Positions 36,056 to 49,249 of a stretch of DNA of 64,000 nt are shown piece after piece. The stretch is from Eledone cirrhosa. Its lineage: Eukaryota. Position 1 is the stretch's first letter; each line of letters starts with the position of its first letter. The DNA lies in NCBI GenBank assembly GCA_964016885.1, contig OZ024746.1:96844001-96908000 (forward strand), given 5' to 3'. Below the pieces are notes generated by a model, which had not been told where the DNA came from, searched no databases, and saw nothing but the letters and a program-made list of their open reading frames with translations. A program made the translations under genes and the position numbers.

Positions 36056-37582
36056 GGCTTCTGCAGGACTAGAACTGTTTCATTCGAAGGAAATCACCAG
36101 GAAAGCTTCCCTGATGATTTGCTTCGAATGAAACAGTTCTAGTCCTGTAGAGGCCATTTCTATATTAAAACGTTTATACTCTGCTATGTATTGAGTACCT
36201 TACTTACTGTGGTTACCCCCGATTGAACCTGGGATACACACACACACACACACACATATATATGTGTGTGTGTGTGTATGTGTATACATATATACACAGA
36301 TGTATATATGTATATAAATATATATATATATATGCAAGTTGTAGTTGGTGAAAATCCCAAATTTTAGAGCAACTCAAGTTATATAACAAAGAATATATAT
36401 ATATATAAACTCTACTTCGGTATTGAGTACTCTTTTCTCTCGGTCGTCAACTACATATGGATAGATATTTATACATATGTACTCACATGCATAAATACAC
36501 GTGTGTTGAGATGTACATAACATCACATATATTCTTAGGTAGATGTATATACATCAGTATATTTTGCACCTTACAAGTATAAAACTATGCATATGTATAC
36601 ACACATATATATGGAAGAGAAAAGGAGTGGGATATACATATACATACATATCTATATAGTGAAAGAGAGACAGAAAGGAAATTCACAGAAAATAATAAGG
36701 ACATACAGAGAAATTGTTTTCTTATTATAAAACCAATGAAAATAAAAACTGCTTGGAGTCAGTTGTGTTAGTTCACAACAGGAAACATGTGTTCATATTG
36801 TTTTGTTTTCAGGATTATGTTTGTATGTATGTATGCATGTATGTATGAATGTACATATACACACACACACACACACACATATATATATTTCAACACACGA
36901 TTTCAGATAAAGAATCTTGCTAAACAAATTCAGAAACGAAATATATATATATATATATATATATGTATCTATGTATGTATGTAGGTATATTTATATATAT
37001 ATATATAATGTGTGTACATGAATATATATATATATATATATATATGTATCTATGTATGTATGTATATTTATACATATATATATAATGTGTGTACATGAAT
37101 ATATGTATATATTTACATACATATGCGTGTGTGTGTGTGTATATATATATAATGTGTGTACATGAATATATATATATTATTCCTTCTTTAAGGGCAAATA
37201 AAAGATGGATAAGGAAGAGCTGTTTGCTAATGTTCTTATGATATTTCCATCAACGATTATAGATGATCCTTCGATCAAGAAGGCTGATAAAACTTTTAAT
37301 AAAATTGTCTTTTGTAATCATTTTTTTTTATTTGTTTGTTTCAGTTTTTTAATCAACAATTTTCTTTTCCTTTTCTTTCTTCTTTTTATTTCTTTATATA
37401 TATATATATTTTTTTTGGTTGGTTGTCTTTTTGAGGGTAGCAGTATTTTCTTTTTTGTAATAAATTGTCAAAAGATAGGTTTTTGGCTGCACATATTTAC
37501 CCCATAAGCGTTAGTTATTTAGGAGTGTGAACTGTGCTCGAGAATGAAACCTATCCACAAGGAACAGAGAAAAAAGACGTCA

Positions 37583-37731
37583 CTAACTGCAATATGCAAT
37601 GGGGCTACTGTCGTCTTTTCTATCTGACACCAAGTTTAGACGTTGATCATCCACTTCAACAAAATCCATACAACCTTCAAATCCAACATAATAATCCTTT
37701 GGAAGTCCCATTGGAAGGTTCTTTTTGCCTC
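37583..37731 (-). CDS. AGRN: Agrin-like, terminal exon: GGKKNLPMGLPKDYYVGFEGCMDFVEVDDQRLNLVSDRKDDSSPIAYCS*
   Basis: ttttctcag acceptor, phase 1; LamG end motif GFxGC; resembles the agrin C-terminus LPKAYGTGFVGC; TAG followed by TGA. Confidence 0.9.
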
Positions 37732-37915
37732 CTGAGAAAAAAAAAAAAAATGAAATAAATTTAAAAAAAATTAATAATTGTTTCTGGTATCATGGTTAAA
37801 AAAGAGACAGAGAAACAAATCTTTGTAATTGTTACAGACATGTTGTATTATAGCTACTGTAGATATTAATGAAAACTGGAGTTTTTATTAAAATTAACTT
37901 ATGCATTTCTATATA

Positions 37916-38251
37916 CAGTGAACCCATGGCATTTGTAGTACCAGCATTCACGGCCCAAGTAGAAACTAACAAATAAGTGTTTGTGGAAACCACTGCATAT
38001 TCGTGGAATCATAAATATCTTTTATCATTTTTAAATTGTTTTTTTAATGCTAAATTATTAATAACAATATACCATATTTGTCAGCCTATTGGACACCCCT
38101 TTGCATAAGATGCTCCCTCTTTTTTTATCATATTTTACGTTATATTTTGATGTTTTACAGACATTTTTATGGACCAGGTCCAATATTTGCGGGTTTTCCC
38201 TTTTTGCAAGTGCTCTAGGAATGTAGCCCCATGAATACCGGGGAGCAACTG
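37916..38251. mobile_element. Tigger/pogo-type MITE (second copy ~42640-42992)
   Basis: TA-cagt...actg-TA ends; internal similarity between the two copies (gtggaaacc..atattcgtggaatc..gataagatgctccctc). Confidence 0.65.
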
Positions 38252-39123
38252 TATTTCTATGTATTTTATTCTTTAGGCACAAGGCCAGCAATTTGAAGGG
38301 GAGACAAAAGGCAATTAAATCGACCCTAGTACTTACTGCTGCTTTATTTTATCGACACCGTAAAGATGAAAGGCAAATCTAACTTCAGCAGCACTTGAAC
38401 TCAGAACGTAAAGGGCCGTAATTTCATGCTACAAAGCACGGTGTCAGACACTTTACCGATACTGCCAATCCACCACCCTATATATATAAACTTTAATAAT
38501 GGCTTCAAAGCAGTGAATTGGCAGTCATTAGAACTTCAGGTAGAATGCTTTGCATTATTCATTCTTGTTCTCTGTCCCCTGAAATAAAATCTTGCTGAGG
38601 TCAACTTCTTTGATCCTTCTTCCAGTGTCGATAAATAAAGTACCACTCCAGTACTGCGTTGAATCTTCATCTGTACCTCATTCTCACTTCCATTCTCTCT
38701 CTCTTTCTCCTCTGGAGGAAATGGGCTGTGTTCAAACTTGGAGAGTGATGGACTCTGGCAGACTTTAAATGCCTGGGAACCACCGTCTGTCATGCTAGAG
38801 TCCCTACGACTTCATCAGGAGTTAAAGGTCCATACAAAAATACATTTTTGTAAAAGGCAAGTAATTTTGAGGTGGAGGGAAAGTTGATTATATTGATCCC
38901 AGTACTTACTGATACTTTATCTTATCAACCCTAGAAGGATGAAAACTATAGTTGACCATGGCAGGATTTGAACTCATAATGTAAAGAGCTGAAACAAACA
39001 CTGTTAAGCATTTTCCTAACACTCAAATGACTCTGCCAAACCACAGCCCTTACAAAAACTTTAGCAATACATACTTAATAATAAGTATTTTGTTTTGTTA
39101 TATAACATTTTTTCACGCTCAGA

Positions 39124-39904
39124 GTTGCATCAGTTGTTAACTGTCGAGACACTGCATCCTTTAAAACCTCCATGGAACAAACTCCCTGCATCAGTTGTTA
39201 ACTGTCAAGACACTGCATCCTTTAAAACCTCCATGGAACAAACTCCCTGCATCAGTTGTTAACTGTCGAGACACTGCATCCTTTAAAACCTCCATGGAAC
39301 AAACTCCCTGCATCAGTTGTTAACTGTCAAGACACTGCATCCTTTAAAACCTCCATGGAACAAACTTCCTGCATCAGTTGTTAACTGTCGAGACACTGCA
39401 TCCTCTAAAACCTCCATGGAACAAACTCCCTGCATCAGTTGTTAACTGTCGAGACACTGCATCCTTTAAAACCTCCATGGAACAAACTCCCTGCATCAGT
39501 TGTTAACTGTCAAGACACTGCATCCTTTAAAACCTCCATGGAACAAACTTCCTGCATCAGTTGTTAACTGTCGAGACACTGCATCCTCTAAAACCTCCAT
39601 GGAACAAACTCCCTGCATCAGTTGTTAACTGTCGAGACACTGCATCCTTTAAAACCTCCATGGAACAAACTCCCTGCATCAGTTGTTAACTGTCGAGCAC
39701 TGCATCCTTTAAAACCTCCATGGAACAAACTCCCTGCATCAGTTGTTAACTGTCAAGACACTGCATCCTCTAAAACCTCCATGGAACAAACTCCCTGCAT
39801 CAGTTGTTAACTGTCGAGACACTGCATCCTCTAAAACCTCCATGGAACAAACTCCCTGCATCAGTTGTTAACTGTCGAGCACTGCATCCTTTAAAACCTC
39901 CATG
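39124..39904 (+). repeat. 61-bp tandem array, ~13 copies, inside a CR1/L2-type LINE 3' end (element continues to ~40130)
   Basis: Unit tgcatcagttgttaactgtcgagacactgcatcctttaaaacctccatggaacaaactccc; single-unit relative at 48790-49190 (-). Confidence 0.95.
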
Positions 39905-40073
39905 CTTCCTGAAATTTACCAACACTATATCTGATATACCCCTCCATACACATGCACACATGTATTTCATGACTCGTACACTGTTCATTTTCCTGACATT
40001 TGTACATTATTCTATTTACTATACTCGAACCTTTGATGAGTTGTAGTGCACCTGAGCACTGTACACAATAATT

Positions 40074-40119
<46 letters not shown>

Positions 40120-40794
40120 TATTATTATTATTACACAACATTTAAAGGAAATATATTGGGTTTATATATCTACTGAGATAGTTAAATCAACAATAGCCCA
40201 CAAAGTAGGTTAACTGATATTGCTTTAAATATATATATAAATGTATATATATAGGGTAAAGACCCCCTTCGGTCATGATTGGCCATGGTATTTGCACATA
40301 GAAAGTGGCCCTCCGAGGCACACATCCAGGCAAGGTTATTTGTGGAAGACCAGCAGTCACCCGTGCATACCAGTTCCCTTTTTTTTCTAGCAGTGACAGA
40401 GAGAAATGATCTAAAAAACATAGTGTAATGAGGCTGTTTGCTTGCAAACAAATCAAATATTATTATCATTATTATTGGAGGCACATGGCTTAGTGGTTAG
40501 AGCATTGGCTTTGCAATCGAAAGGTTGTGCGTTCAATTCTCGGACCGGGTGATGTGTTGTTTCCTTGTTATTTCACATTGCTCCAGTTTACTCAGCTGTA
40601 GAAATGAGATGATAGGGACTGAGGTCCCAGTCCCTATCATTCCTCTGTAAAGTGGTCGTGGAGGTGCCACACATAAAAAAACACCCAGCACTCACTGTAA
40701 ATGAGGTTGGTGTTAGGAAGGGCATCCAGTTGTAGAAATCAAGCCAGAATCAGTTCCCGTCCCACCCTTGCAAGCAGGGAAAAGCAGACGTAAA

Positions 40795-40825
<31 letters not shown>

Positions 40826-41499
40826 GATATAAAACTCATGAATGCATGATAAAAATATAATTGTCAGTTCTGATGATGGGTGTTCCCATTGATTGATCAA
40901 TCAGCTACAGCCTGATTGAGAAATTAATGTGCAAGTGGTTGAGCCTTTCACAGACATGCATATACCTTATGCAATTCTCAGGGAGATTCAGCATGGCATG
41001 TTGCATGACAAAGTTGACCCCTTAAGTAATAGGTCTAAAGTCTAAATCTGTCTTGAGCTTGGAGGCTCATCAGGCCCGTGCTTATCCCGGTTTCTGTGGT
41101 GTGAAGTGACTGAGAGTAGAAGACTTCTTCTGGACAGGACGACGGTCCATCGCAGGCTTAAACCCCCAGTTATTGCTGGTACACATTTTCAGATGAGTAT
41201 ACTGGAACAATGTGAAATGAGGTGTTTTACTCAAGAACACAGCACACAACCCAGTCCAGGAATTGAACCTACGGAATGATGATCATAAGCTCAACACCCT
41301 TACCTAGGCCATGTGTCTCTAAGTAACACTCATTTATTTTCTAGGACTGGAGCCACGTGAAATAAAGTGTCTTGTTCAAAGACACAACACACCACTGAGA
41401 ATTGAACTCAGCATATTATAATTGTCAAATAAGCAACCTAAACACTAAGCTATGCACCTATGTTACATATATAATAAGCATATTTAAATATTTCACTTC

Positions 41500-41842
41500 C
41501 TCTTCACCCACTTATTTCTGAGAGGGTTGTGGGGGGGGGGGAGTCCTCAAACACTCCATCCAGCAGGTCCTGTCAGAAGCAACCATCTCCACCTGATCCA
41601 GTTGGATCCCCAAGCATGACCAGCCAAGCTCATGGATGTTATCCAACCATCTTGCTTGGGGTTTACCCCTGGGTTTCACCCATAAAATCTATCCAGAGAT
41701 TCTGTCCTAAGACATTCTAACCACATGTCCATAGTATCAGAGCTGTGATCTCTCAGTTCAGAGAAGTAACGGCTTTACCTGGTGTAACTCTCTGATCTCC
41801 AAGCTACACACTCTATCGAGTAATGTTACTCCAAAGACCCTT
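41500..41842 (-). mobile_element. LINE 3' remnant (same family as 51300-51640, +)
   Basis: Both encode GRP..RWLDNIHELGWS.LGIQ; mutual reverse-complement similarity. Confidence 0.6.
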
Positions 41843-42454
41843 AGTTATGATAATATTAGTGGATCATTAAGTATGTTTTTTAAAGGCTCATTAAAAGAAT
41901 GAGGGCAATGCAAATGATCCCCATTAAGGTTATTCTTTTATTGGCCACTCTGGGGCACCACCTTATCTATCATATGGCTGCTATTACTTAATTTCTTTAC
42001 AAGTTTGGTACTTATTTGATCAATCTCTCTTTGTTGAATCTTTAAATTATAGGACATACACAATCATAGAGAAATACACACATATACATATATATGTATA
42101 TATGTGGCTATAAATATATGTAGAGATAAGTAAAATCGAGATTGCAGTGTCAAGCGAAATATGTAAAGTGTTTTGCGGAATTAAAATTCTGAAGTAAATT
42201 TTCCAGTTCAGACTTCTGTTGTTGTTTTAATGAATATATAATATATATACTCATCAAATTCACTGTGAGGCTATAGTAGACAACACTTGCCAAAGATGCC
42301 GCACAGTTGGATTGCACCCAAACCATGTGGTTGTGAAGTGAACTCTTTAACCACACAGCCATGCCTGTGCCTATGGCATTGATATATACATAAAAAAATA
42401 ATGTGACAAATTCAGAGGTGAGAGTACTGAAATATAACATAAATATTTACTTAC

Positions 42455-42558
42455 CTATCCATAATTCTCCATCTGTATCCAATTTTGTGGCCCCATTAAG
42501 TGAAGACTTTTTGACTGGAACAGCATCATCTACTCTGAGAATACCTTCCTCTTGGTTT
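42455..42558 (-). CDS. AGRN: Agrin-like exon (last LamG): RNQEEGILRVDDAVPVKKSSLNGATKLDTDGELWIG
   Basis: ttcttacag / G|gtaagt, 104 nt, phase 2 to 1; close to vertebrate agrin GATQLDTDGALWLGG. Confidence 0.92.
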
Positions 42559-43352
42559 CTGTAAGAAATAAAAGAATTTCAGGAAAATGTGTAAATAATT
42601 AATTCATAATAAAAACAACAATACCATGCTCAAATAATATAGTGTACTCCCGGCATTTGTGGCCCTGCCATTCATGGTCCCGGTTATTCCCCGAATTTTC
42701 CTTAGAACCTAACTAATAATTGTTCGTGGAAACCACCAAATATTCGTGGAATCGTAAATATCTTCCGTGATCTTTTTTATGGGTTTTTTTCATGGCAATA
42801 TTTATTTTTTAACGCTAAATCATTGATAACAATATACCATATTTACCGACCTATGGATAAGATGCTCCCTCCTTCTTAATTATATTTTACGATATATTTT
42901 GACATTTATAGGCATTTATAGACCACGTCCAATATTCTCGATTTTTCACTCTTCACGGGTGCTCTAGAACCATAACCCCCACAAATAACTGTATTTCTGA
43001 TAGTGAGTTAGATTAAATGTTTTGACCAAATTAATGGTCCTGGTTTGGTGCTTATGATAGCCAGAACTTGTAGAAAAATTTTAGCCTCTTCGTGATGGCA
43101 TTTCTAATGGAATACACATTATTTCAATTGGTTATTGAAAAATGTTGAGGGATTTACTAAACTCATAAATTATTTCATTACTAAGATAATAATTTAACAT
43201 ATGGTTCTTATATAAAATTCTATTGGAAGATTTTAATTTGAATAGGAACCCTTTAACATGGGTGATTTAATTTCATAGAACCAGAGATGGATTTACTAAA
43301 ATTATTATTTCATTACTAAGATAGTAACTTAATACATGGTTCTTATATAAAA

Positions 43353-43995
43353 CTAGCTGAGGTACCCGGCTTTGCCTGGGAGAATAGTTAAGAGAAGACG
43401 GATAAAAGAGAAAACGACTGTATTGGATGTGTTGTCTGGTATGAGGTGAGACCGTAATGTGTGTGTGTGAGTGTGTGAGAGAGATATAAAAAAAAACAAT
43501 CATAAAACTTCCTTATTAGGCTGCGGGAGTAAACTGCCGATTAAATGGTAGCATTGGCTTTGGATTTTAAATGTTGTGAAATAACCATAGTCAGTAAGAT
43601 CTTTTTCAGCTCCAAAGGATGTCATCTGAAATGCAGCAATATACCACATAACATGCTTCTGAAGTGTTGCTTCGTTAGTAGGTTTGTAAGTAGTATATGG
43701 ATAAAAGCTGGAGGATAGATTCATTTCAAATAGTATCAATTTTTCTTAACGCAATATTGTTAAACTTTCCTATAGATCAAAGGATCTATAGTTTAAGCCG
43801 TTTCTTGACTTTCGTGGGACATTACTCTCTCTCTCTGTGAATATCTAACACTTTAATTGTATCTCTCTCTGTATAACGGCCTATCTCTTTGTCTCTCTCT
43901 TTAGATGTGTGTGTGTGTGAGTGTATGTGTGTGTATAGCGTTTTCGTGTGATTCAACCAACCAACCAATAAATATCTTTCATTTATATATATAGA
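43353..43995 (-). mobile_element. Complete non-autonomous Helitron (643 bp)
   Basis: Minus strand starts TCTATATATATAAATG and ends cccaggcaaagccgggtacctcagCTAG; inserted between A and T with no TSD; empty-site paralogue at ~43203-43235. Confidence 0.85.
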
Positions 43996-44508
43996 TTATG
44001 TTGGAAGATTTTTATTTAAACAGGAATCTGTTAAAATTGGGTGATTTAATTTCATAGAACCAGAGATGGTTTTGGCCAAATTGTCATTAAAAAAGTTAAC
44101 CATTTTGATACCAACCGATATGGGTTATTCAGAAACAGAAAAAGAAAAAAGAAAGAATGGAAAGAAAGAGAAATAAAAAAAAAGGAAAGATAGAAATGGG
44201 GATGAGTAAAAGTCTACATCCTTCGATGGATAGTATCAGCTGTACTCCATAGACATAATGGCAAAAAGATTGCTGCATCAGCCATTACACCTCATGGGGT
44301 TCCTTCCTCAGGTGTGATGCCCTTGTTTCAATTTGGCAGAGGAAATCAATAGCCCAGGGCCTAAGAATACATGCTGTATCAATGGTAAATAAATGAAGGT
44401 CAGTTTCACATTCACAGAAATACATACTGATGCTATATCCAAGTATGTTTATATGAAAAGAGCATTATGTATACACACACACGCACACATGCACACTCAT
44501 ATATATAA

Positions 44509-44553
<45 letters not shown>

Positions 44554-44784
44554 AGTATGCATGTATACGTACATACATATATGTATACAGACGTACAGTA
44601 GCATGCACATATATATATATATATACATATATACATACATATGCATACAGGTACACATACATATATGCACGTATCAGTTTAGCGGCGCTAACGTCGCTTT
44701 GTTCGTTTGTAAACAAACTGAACAGCCTGAATTTATGCCATACGGTGTTAAGGCAACCACGTCACCTTTTTGTTCAACACTGAC

Positions 44785-46581
44785 ACTAGAAGGTGTCATA
44801 CCAAAAGATTGGTGCAGTAGCATCATTGTTAACTGCTACAAAGGTAAAGGCGATGCACTAGATAGAGGAAACTATAGAGGTATAAAGTTGATGGACCAGG
44901 TCATGAAAGTAACAGAAAGAGTTATAGCACAGTTGATTAGGGACCGGGTGAAAATAGACGAGATGCAATTTGGGTTTGTACCAGGAAGAGGCACCACTGA
45001 TGCCCTCTTCCTTGTGAGGCAGTTACAGGAAAAGTACCTAGCTAAAAGTAAGCCACTCTACTTGGCATTTGTCGACCTTGAGAAAGCCTTTGACAGAGTT
45101 CCACGTGCTGTAATCTGGTGGGCTCTGAGAAAACTAGGAGTAGATGAATGGCTTGTGAAAGCAGTACAAGCCATGTATAGGGGAGCAGTCAGCAAAGTTA
45201 GGATTAGCAATGAGTATAGCGAGGAATTTAGCGTACAGGTTGGGGTCCACCAGGGCTCTGTTCTTAGCCCCCTCCTGTTCATCATAGTCCTGCAGGCAAT
45301 AACGGAGGAGTTTAAGACCGGATGCCCATGGGAACTCCTGTATGCTGATGACCTCGCACTCATAGCTGAATCTATGGTAGAACTAGAGAATAAATTCCAA
45401 ACTTAGAAGCAGGGACTAGAAAGAAAGGGTCTCAAAGTCAACATGACAAAGACTAAGGTCCTTGTAAGTAGACGAGAAAACAGAACCCAGATCCCCTCAG
45501 GGAAATGGCCTTGCTCAGTATGTAGGAAAGGTGTAGGTAGGAACTCCATTCTCTGCCCCAAATGCAAACAATGGGTACACAAGAGATGTAGCAGGATCTC
45601 AGGAAGCTTAATTAAGAATGTAGGCTTCACATGCAGCAGCTGTGCTGGGACAGCAAGCAGCAAACAGCCGCAGGAAACAAGTACCACCAATCTCTGGGAG
45701 GGCTCTGTAGAAACAGTAGACAGCTTCTGCTTCCTAGGTGACCGAATTAGCAGCGGAGGTGGGTGTTCAGAAAGTACAATAACTAGGGTTAGAACGGGAT
45801 GAAAGAAGTTTAGGGAACTACTACCACTGCTAGCTGCAAAAGGCTTCTCCCTCAGAATGAAAGGCAGACTGTATGATGCGTGTATCCGAACAGCAATGTT
45901 GCATGGTAGTGAGACCTGGGCGCTGAAGGTGGAAGACTTACGGAGATTAGAGAGAAACGAAGCCTGCATGCTCCGATGGATGTATAACAGTAATATACGT
46001 GAACGACAAAGCATAAATGAATTGAGAGAGCGACTAAGCATAAGAGGAATCAAATGCTGTGTGCAGGAGAGGCGGTTGCGCTGGTTTGGACATGTGATGC
46101 GTATGAAGGATGACAGCTGCATAAAAAGGTGCAGAGCACTAGAAGTCGCGGAGTGGGGAGACCCAAGATGACCTGGGATGAGGTGCTAAAAGCCGACCTT
46201 ACCCAATTACACCTCTCAAAGGCAATGACACACGACCGTGACCTCTGGTGTCACGCAGTAATACATAGTACCCGACCTCCCATGGGTACAAGCTGAAGCA
46301 TATAGACAATATGCCCCACACCGACCATCGCAAGGTGGTCGTGGAGGTGCCACGGCAAAAAAGCACCCAGCCCACACTGTAAAGTGGATGTGTAGGCGCC
46401 ACGAAAAAGCACCCAGCACTCACTGTAAATGAGGTTGGTGTTAGGAAGGGCATCCAGCTGTAGAAATCAAGCCAAATCAGTTCCTGTATGAGCAAGGCAT
46501 GGTCAGCCGACCAGACACTGCCCACAACAGGACAACCCGTCTAACCCATGCGAGCGTGGAAGAACGGACGTAAAACGGTGA

Positions 46582-46585
<4 letters not shown>
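44785..46585 (+). mobile_element. 5'-truncated RTE-clade LINE (RT, CxxC-containing insert, C-terminal domain, 3' tail); inactivated
   Basis: NYRGIKL, QFGF, FVDLEKAFDRVP, GVHQGSVLSP, LLYADD, RLRWFGHV; in-frame stops at ~45404 and ~45800. Confidence 0.92.
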
Positions 46586-46631
<46 letters not shown>

Positions 46632-46994
46632 CATATATATATATATATAGTGGTTATCATCATTATTATGACAACTGGAAGTTCTTACGTGAGAACCTAC
46701 TGCACGCAAGTGAAGAGACTTGTGAGTGACTTGGTGGTAGAACAGCACAGTAGATAGAGCCATTAAAGACAAGCATTGGAAGAATGGGAGGCATAGAGAC
46801 TGGTACTCAGCCACCTAAAGAGAGGCTAGATGTCAAGTGCTGAAGCTTGCAGACAAAGAACTGTGACAAATGGTGAGATGCTGTGCTGAAGAGGACCCAT
46901 CGCATCCTTGCAGGCCGCACCTTACACCTTAGGGGTTAACTAAACACGTTGAAGTAATCCAACACGTTCGCAGCATTACCACAGGTGATGGCAA

Positions 46995-47172
46995 GGTTAA
47001 GGCACTGAAATAACCAGTTACCCTCACAAGCATCACCTGACACCTCAGTAGGGGAGTTAAGGCACTGAAATAACCAGATACCCTCACGGGCATCACCTGA
47101 CACCTCAGTAAGGGGAGTTAAGACACTGAAATAACCAGGTGCCCTCACGGGCATCACCTGACACCTCAGTAA
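46995..47172. repeat. ~60-bp tandem repeat, 3 copies
   Basis: gttaaggcactgaaataaccag..ccctcac..gcatcacctgacacctcagta repeated. Confidence 0.85.
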
Positions 47173-47214
47173 GTTGAGCCACAAGTGATGACAAGAAATG
47201 AATTGTTCAAGTAC

Positions 47215-47454
47215 CTTTCTACTTCAATGACATGCCATTCATTATTTTTAATCTTTAATGTAGAACGAATAATATGTAGGTTTTCTTCTGTTTGAGCTCC
47301 AAGGTTGTAACTTAGTTGCATTTTGCCTTTCACAAGTGCCACAGCAAAATAGTCTTGTCGTACAGTGTTACCTTGGTTCATTATGAACAGAAGACCACTC
47401 CTCTTCTTACTTTTAAAGCGTAGACGGAATTTATTGCCTTGTTGAGAAGTTTTT
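47215..47454 (-). CDS. AGRN: Agrin-like exon (last LamG): KTSQQGNKFRLRFKSKKRSGLLFIMNQGNTVRQDYFAVALVKGKMQLSYNLGAQTEENLHIIRSTLKIKNNEWHVIEVE(R)
   Basis: ttttcag / AG|gtac, 240 nt, phase 2 to 2; LamG motifs GLL, DY.A.AL..G..QLSYNLG, WH. Confidence 0.92.
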
Positions 47455-47514
47455 CTGAAAACAAAAGTTAATAAAAATAACATGGTTAGAAAGGAAGCAA
47501 TGGAGAAGAAGAAG

Positions 47515-47707
47515 AAGAATTTAATGATGACATTGATGGTGATGGTGATGATGAAAAATGATGATGACAATCATGATGATGGCAATGATGATGATGGTGA
47601 TGATGATGATGATGATGATGGTGATGATGATGGTGATGATGATGATGGTAATGATGATGGTGAAGATGATGATGGTGAAGATGGTGATGATAATAACAAT
47701 GATGATG
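47515..47707. repeat. (GAT)n/(GGT) trinucleotide microsatellite in agrin intron
   Basis: Direct reading. Confidence 0.9.
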
Positions 47708-47954
47708 TGTTATGTCCTTGAACAAGACACTTCATTTCACGTTGCTCCTTCTGCCTGAATTTGCGACCGGTAGATAGTATTAGTAATTGGAAATACAAAT
47801 GTAAACAGTGTTTCCTTGGTCCAATTTGATGAGGTCTGGGATCTTGTCAATCGACTGTCAATAGTTGGGTCTTTTTAAAAAGCCAAACATGAATTCATTC
47901 AAATAAAACAAAGAAAATAAAGAAAAAAGTACAATTGCAAATAACACCACTTAC

Positions 47955-48027
47955 TTATGATCTAGTCCATTTAGATAAGCTAAAAATGTATCTCCTTCAA
48001 ATTTCAATTGTGATTTTGTTTCAATAG
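47955..48027 (-). CDS. AGRN: Agrin-like exon: AIETKSQLKFEGDTFLAYLNGLDH(K)
   Basis: tttcacag / AA|gtaagt, 73 nt, phase 1 to 2; resembles agrin FDGRTFVEYLN. Confidence 0.88.
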
Positions 48028-48265
48028 CTGTGAAATATAATATATAATAATTGAAATGAACGATAGAATGATATGAAAAATAGACTGTTATCGCACATTA
48101 TTTATATTTACCCTTTCAAAGCTATATTTCCTGTTGTTTGTATTTCTGTAAAACTAAGATTTCAGAGTGTTTTAGTAAGATATGTGATTTACATCATTAT
48201 TATATAAATGTTTACCAACTAAAACCTTAAGTTATCACTGATGTTATGAAATTTTGATGAAAATA

Positions 48266-48639
48266 TTAACCTGTTGACTGCCGTGTCTACAGTTGCTGTA
48301 GCTAGGTTTTTTTTTCAGTAAAATGACTATTTTTTTAAACAAACATTTATTAACAACACACATCTGAATGATTGAAAAACATTACATCAATAAACTAGTA
48401 ACCCCATCTAGCTTTGAAGTTATGAACTGTTGGAAAAGAGTTCATATCTATGAAGTTATCAACTGTTGGAAACGATTTCATAACTTTGAAATTATGAACT
48501 ATTGGAAGCGATTTCATAACTTTGAAGTTATGAACTGTTGGAAAAGATTTCAAACATGTTAGGTTGAGTTATCTCGTCCATGGCACTGGAATGCATACGT
48601 TAGGACGTGTCATCTCGTCTATGGCACTGAAGAGGTTAA
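48266..48639. mobile_element. piggyBac-type MITE with internal ~33-bp repeats (expanded relative at ~53515-54107)
   Basis: TTAA-cctgttgactgcc ... ggcactgaagagg-TTAA; internal tttgaagttatgaactgttggaaa repeats. Confidence 0.7.
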
Positions 48640-48789
48640 TTGCAATGTAAACACTTTAGTATAGATGGTTTCAGGTGGGTTGGTAATCAAAAGTTATAGC
48701 AAAGTAATGTAAATGTAAAGTAGCAATTTAGATTAACAATTTGGTTTTAAATAATTGATAGGTAAGTGAAAAACTAAATAATAATGATA

Positions 48790-49190
48790 ATGAAATTATT
48801 GTGTACAGTGCTCAGGTACACTACAACTCATCAAAGGTGCATATATATACATAGAATAATGTAAAAATGTCAGGGAAATGAACAGTGTATGAGTCATGAT
48901 ATACACACATATACGCACACATATGTGTGCGTGTGTATGGAGTGGAGGGGGGATATCAGGTGTAGTGTTGGCAAATTTCAGGAAGCATGGAGGTTTTAAA
49001 GGATGCAGTGTCCTGACAGCTAACAACTGATGCAGGTAGTTTGTTCCATGCTTCAGCAGCTCTGAGCGTGAGAAAATGTTTCCAAAAGTCATGGGAGCTG
49101 TACTGTTTTCTGATTTTGTTGACATGCCCACGGGTGTTAGACACATGGAATTCAAAAAGGTGCTCAGTGTTGTTGTTGACTATAGGACAG
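48790..49190 (-). mobile_element. CR1/L2-type LINE 3' end
   Basis: NTRGH..K...FLTLRAAEAWNKLPASVV...ASFK motif and 3' UTR shared with 39900-40080. Confidence 0.75.
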
Positions 49191-49249
49191 TTTTTGTCAT
49201 TTTTTCTTCACTCTGAATTACTTCACCATGTATGTGTGTCAGAGTAGTT

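Noticed and set aside
44561-44785. N-terminal extension of the 281-aa RT ORF
   Set aside because: Read-through from flanking microsatellite; LINE homology begins near 44785
47482-47798. Poly-Asp/His/Met/Ser ORFs
   Set aside because: (GAT)n microsatellite inside the agrin intron
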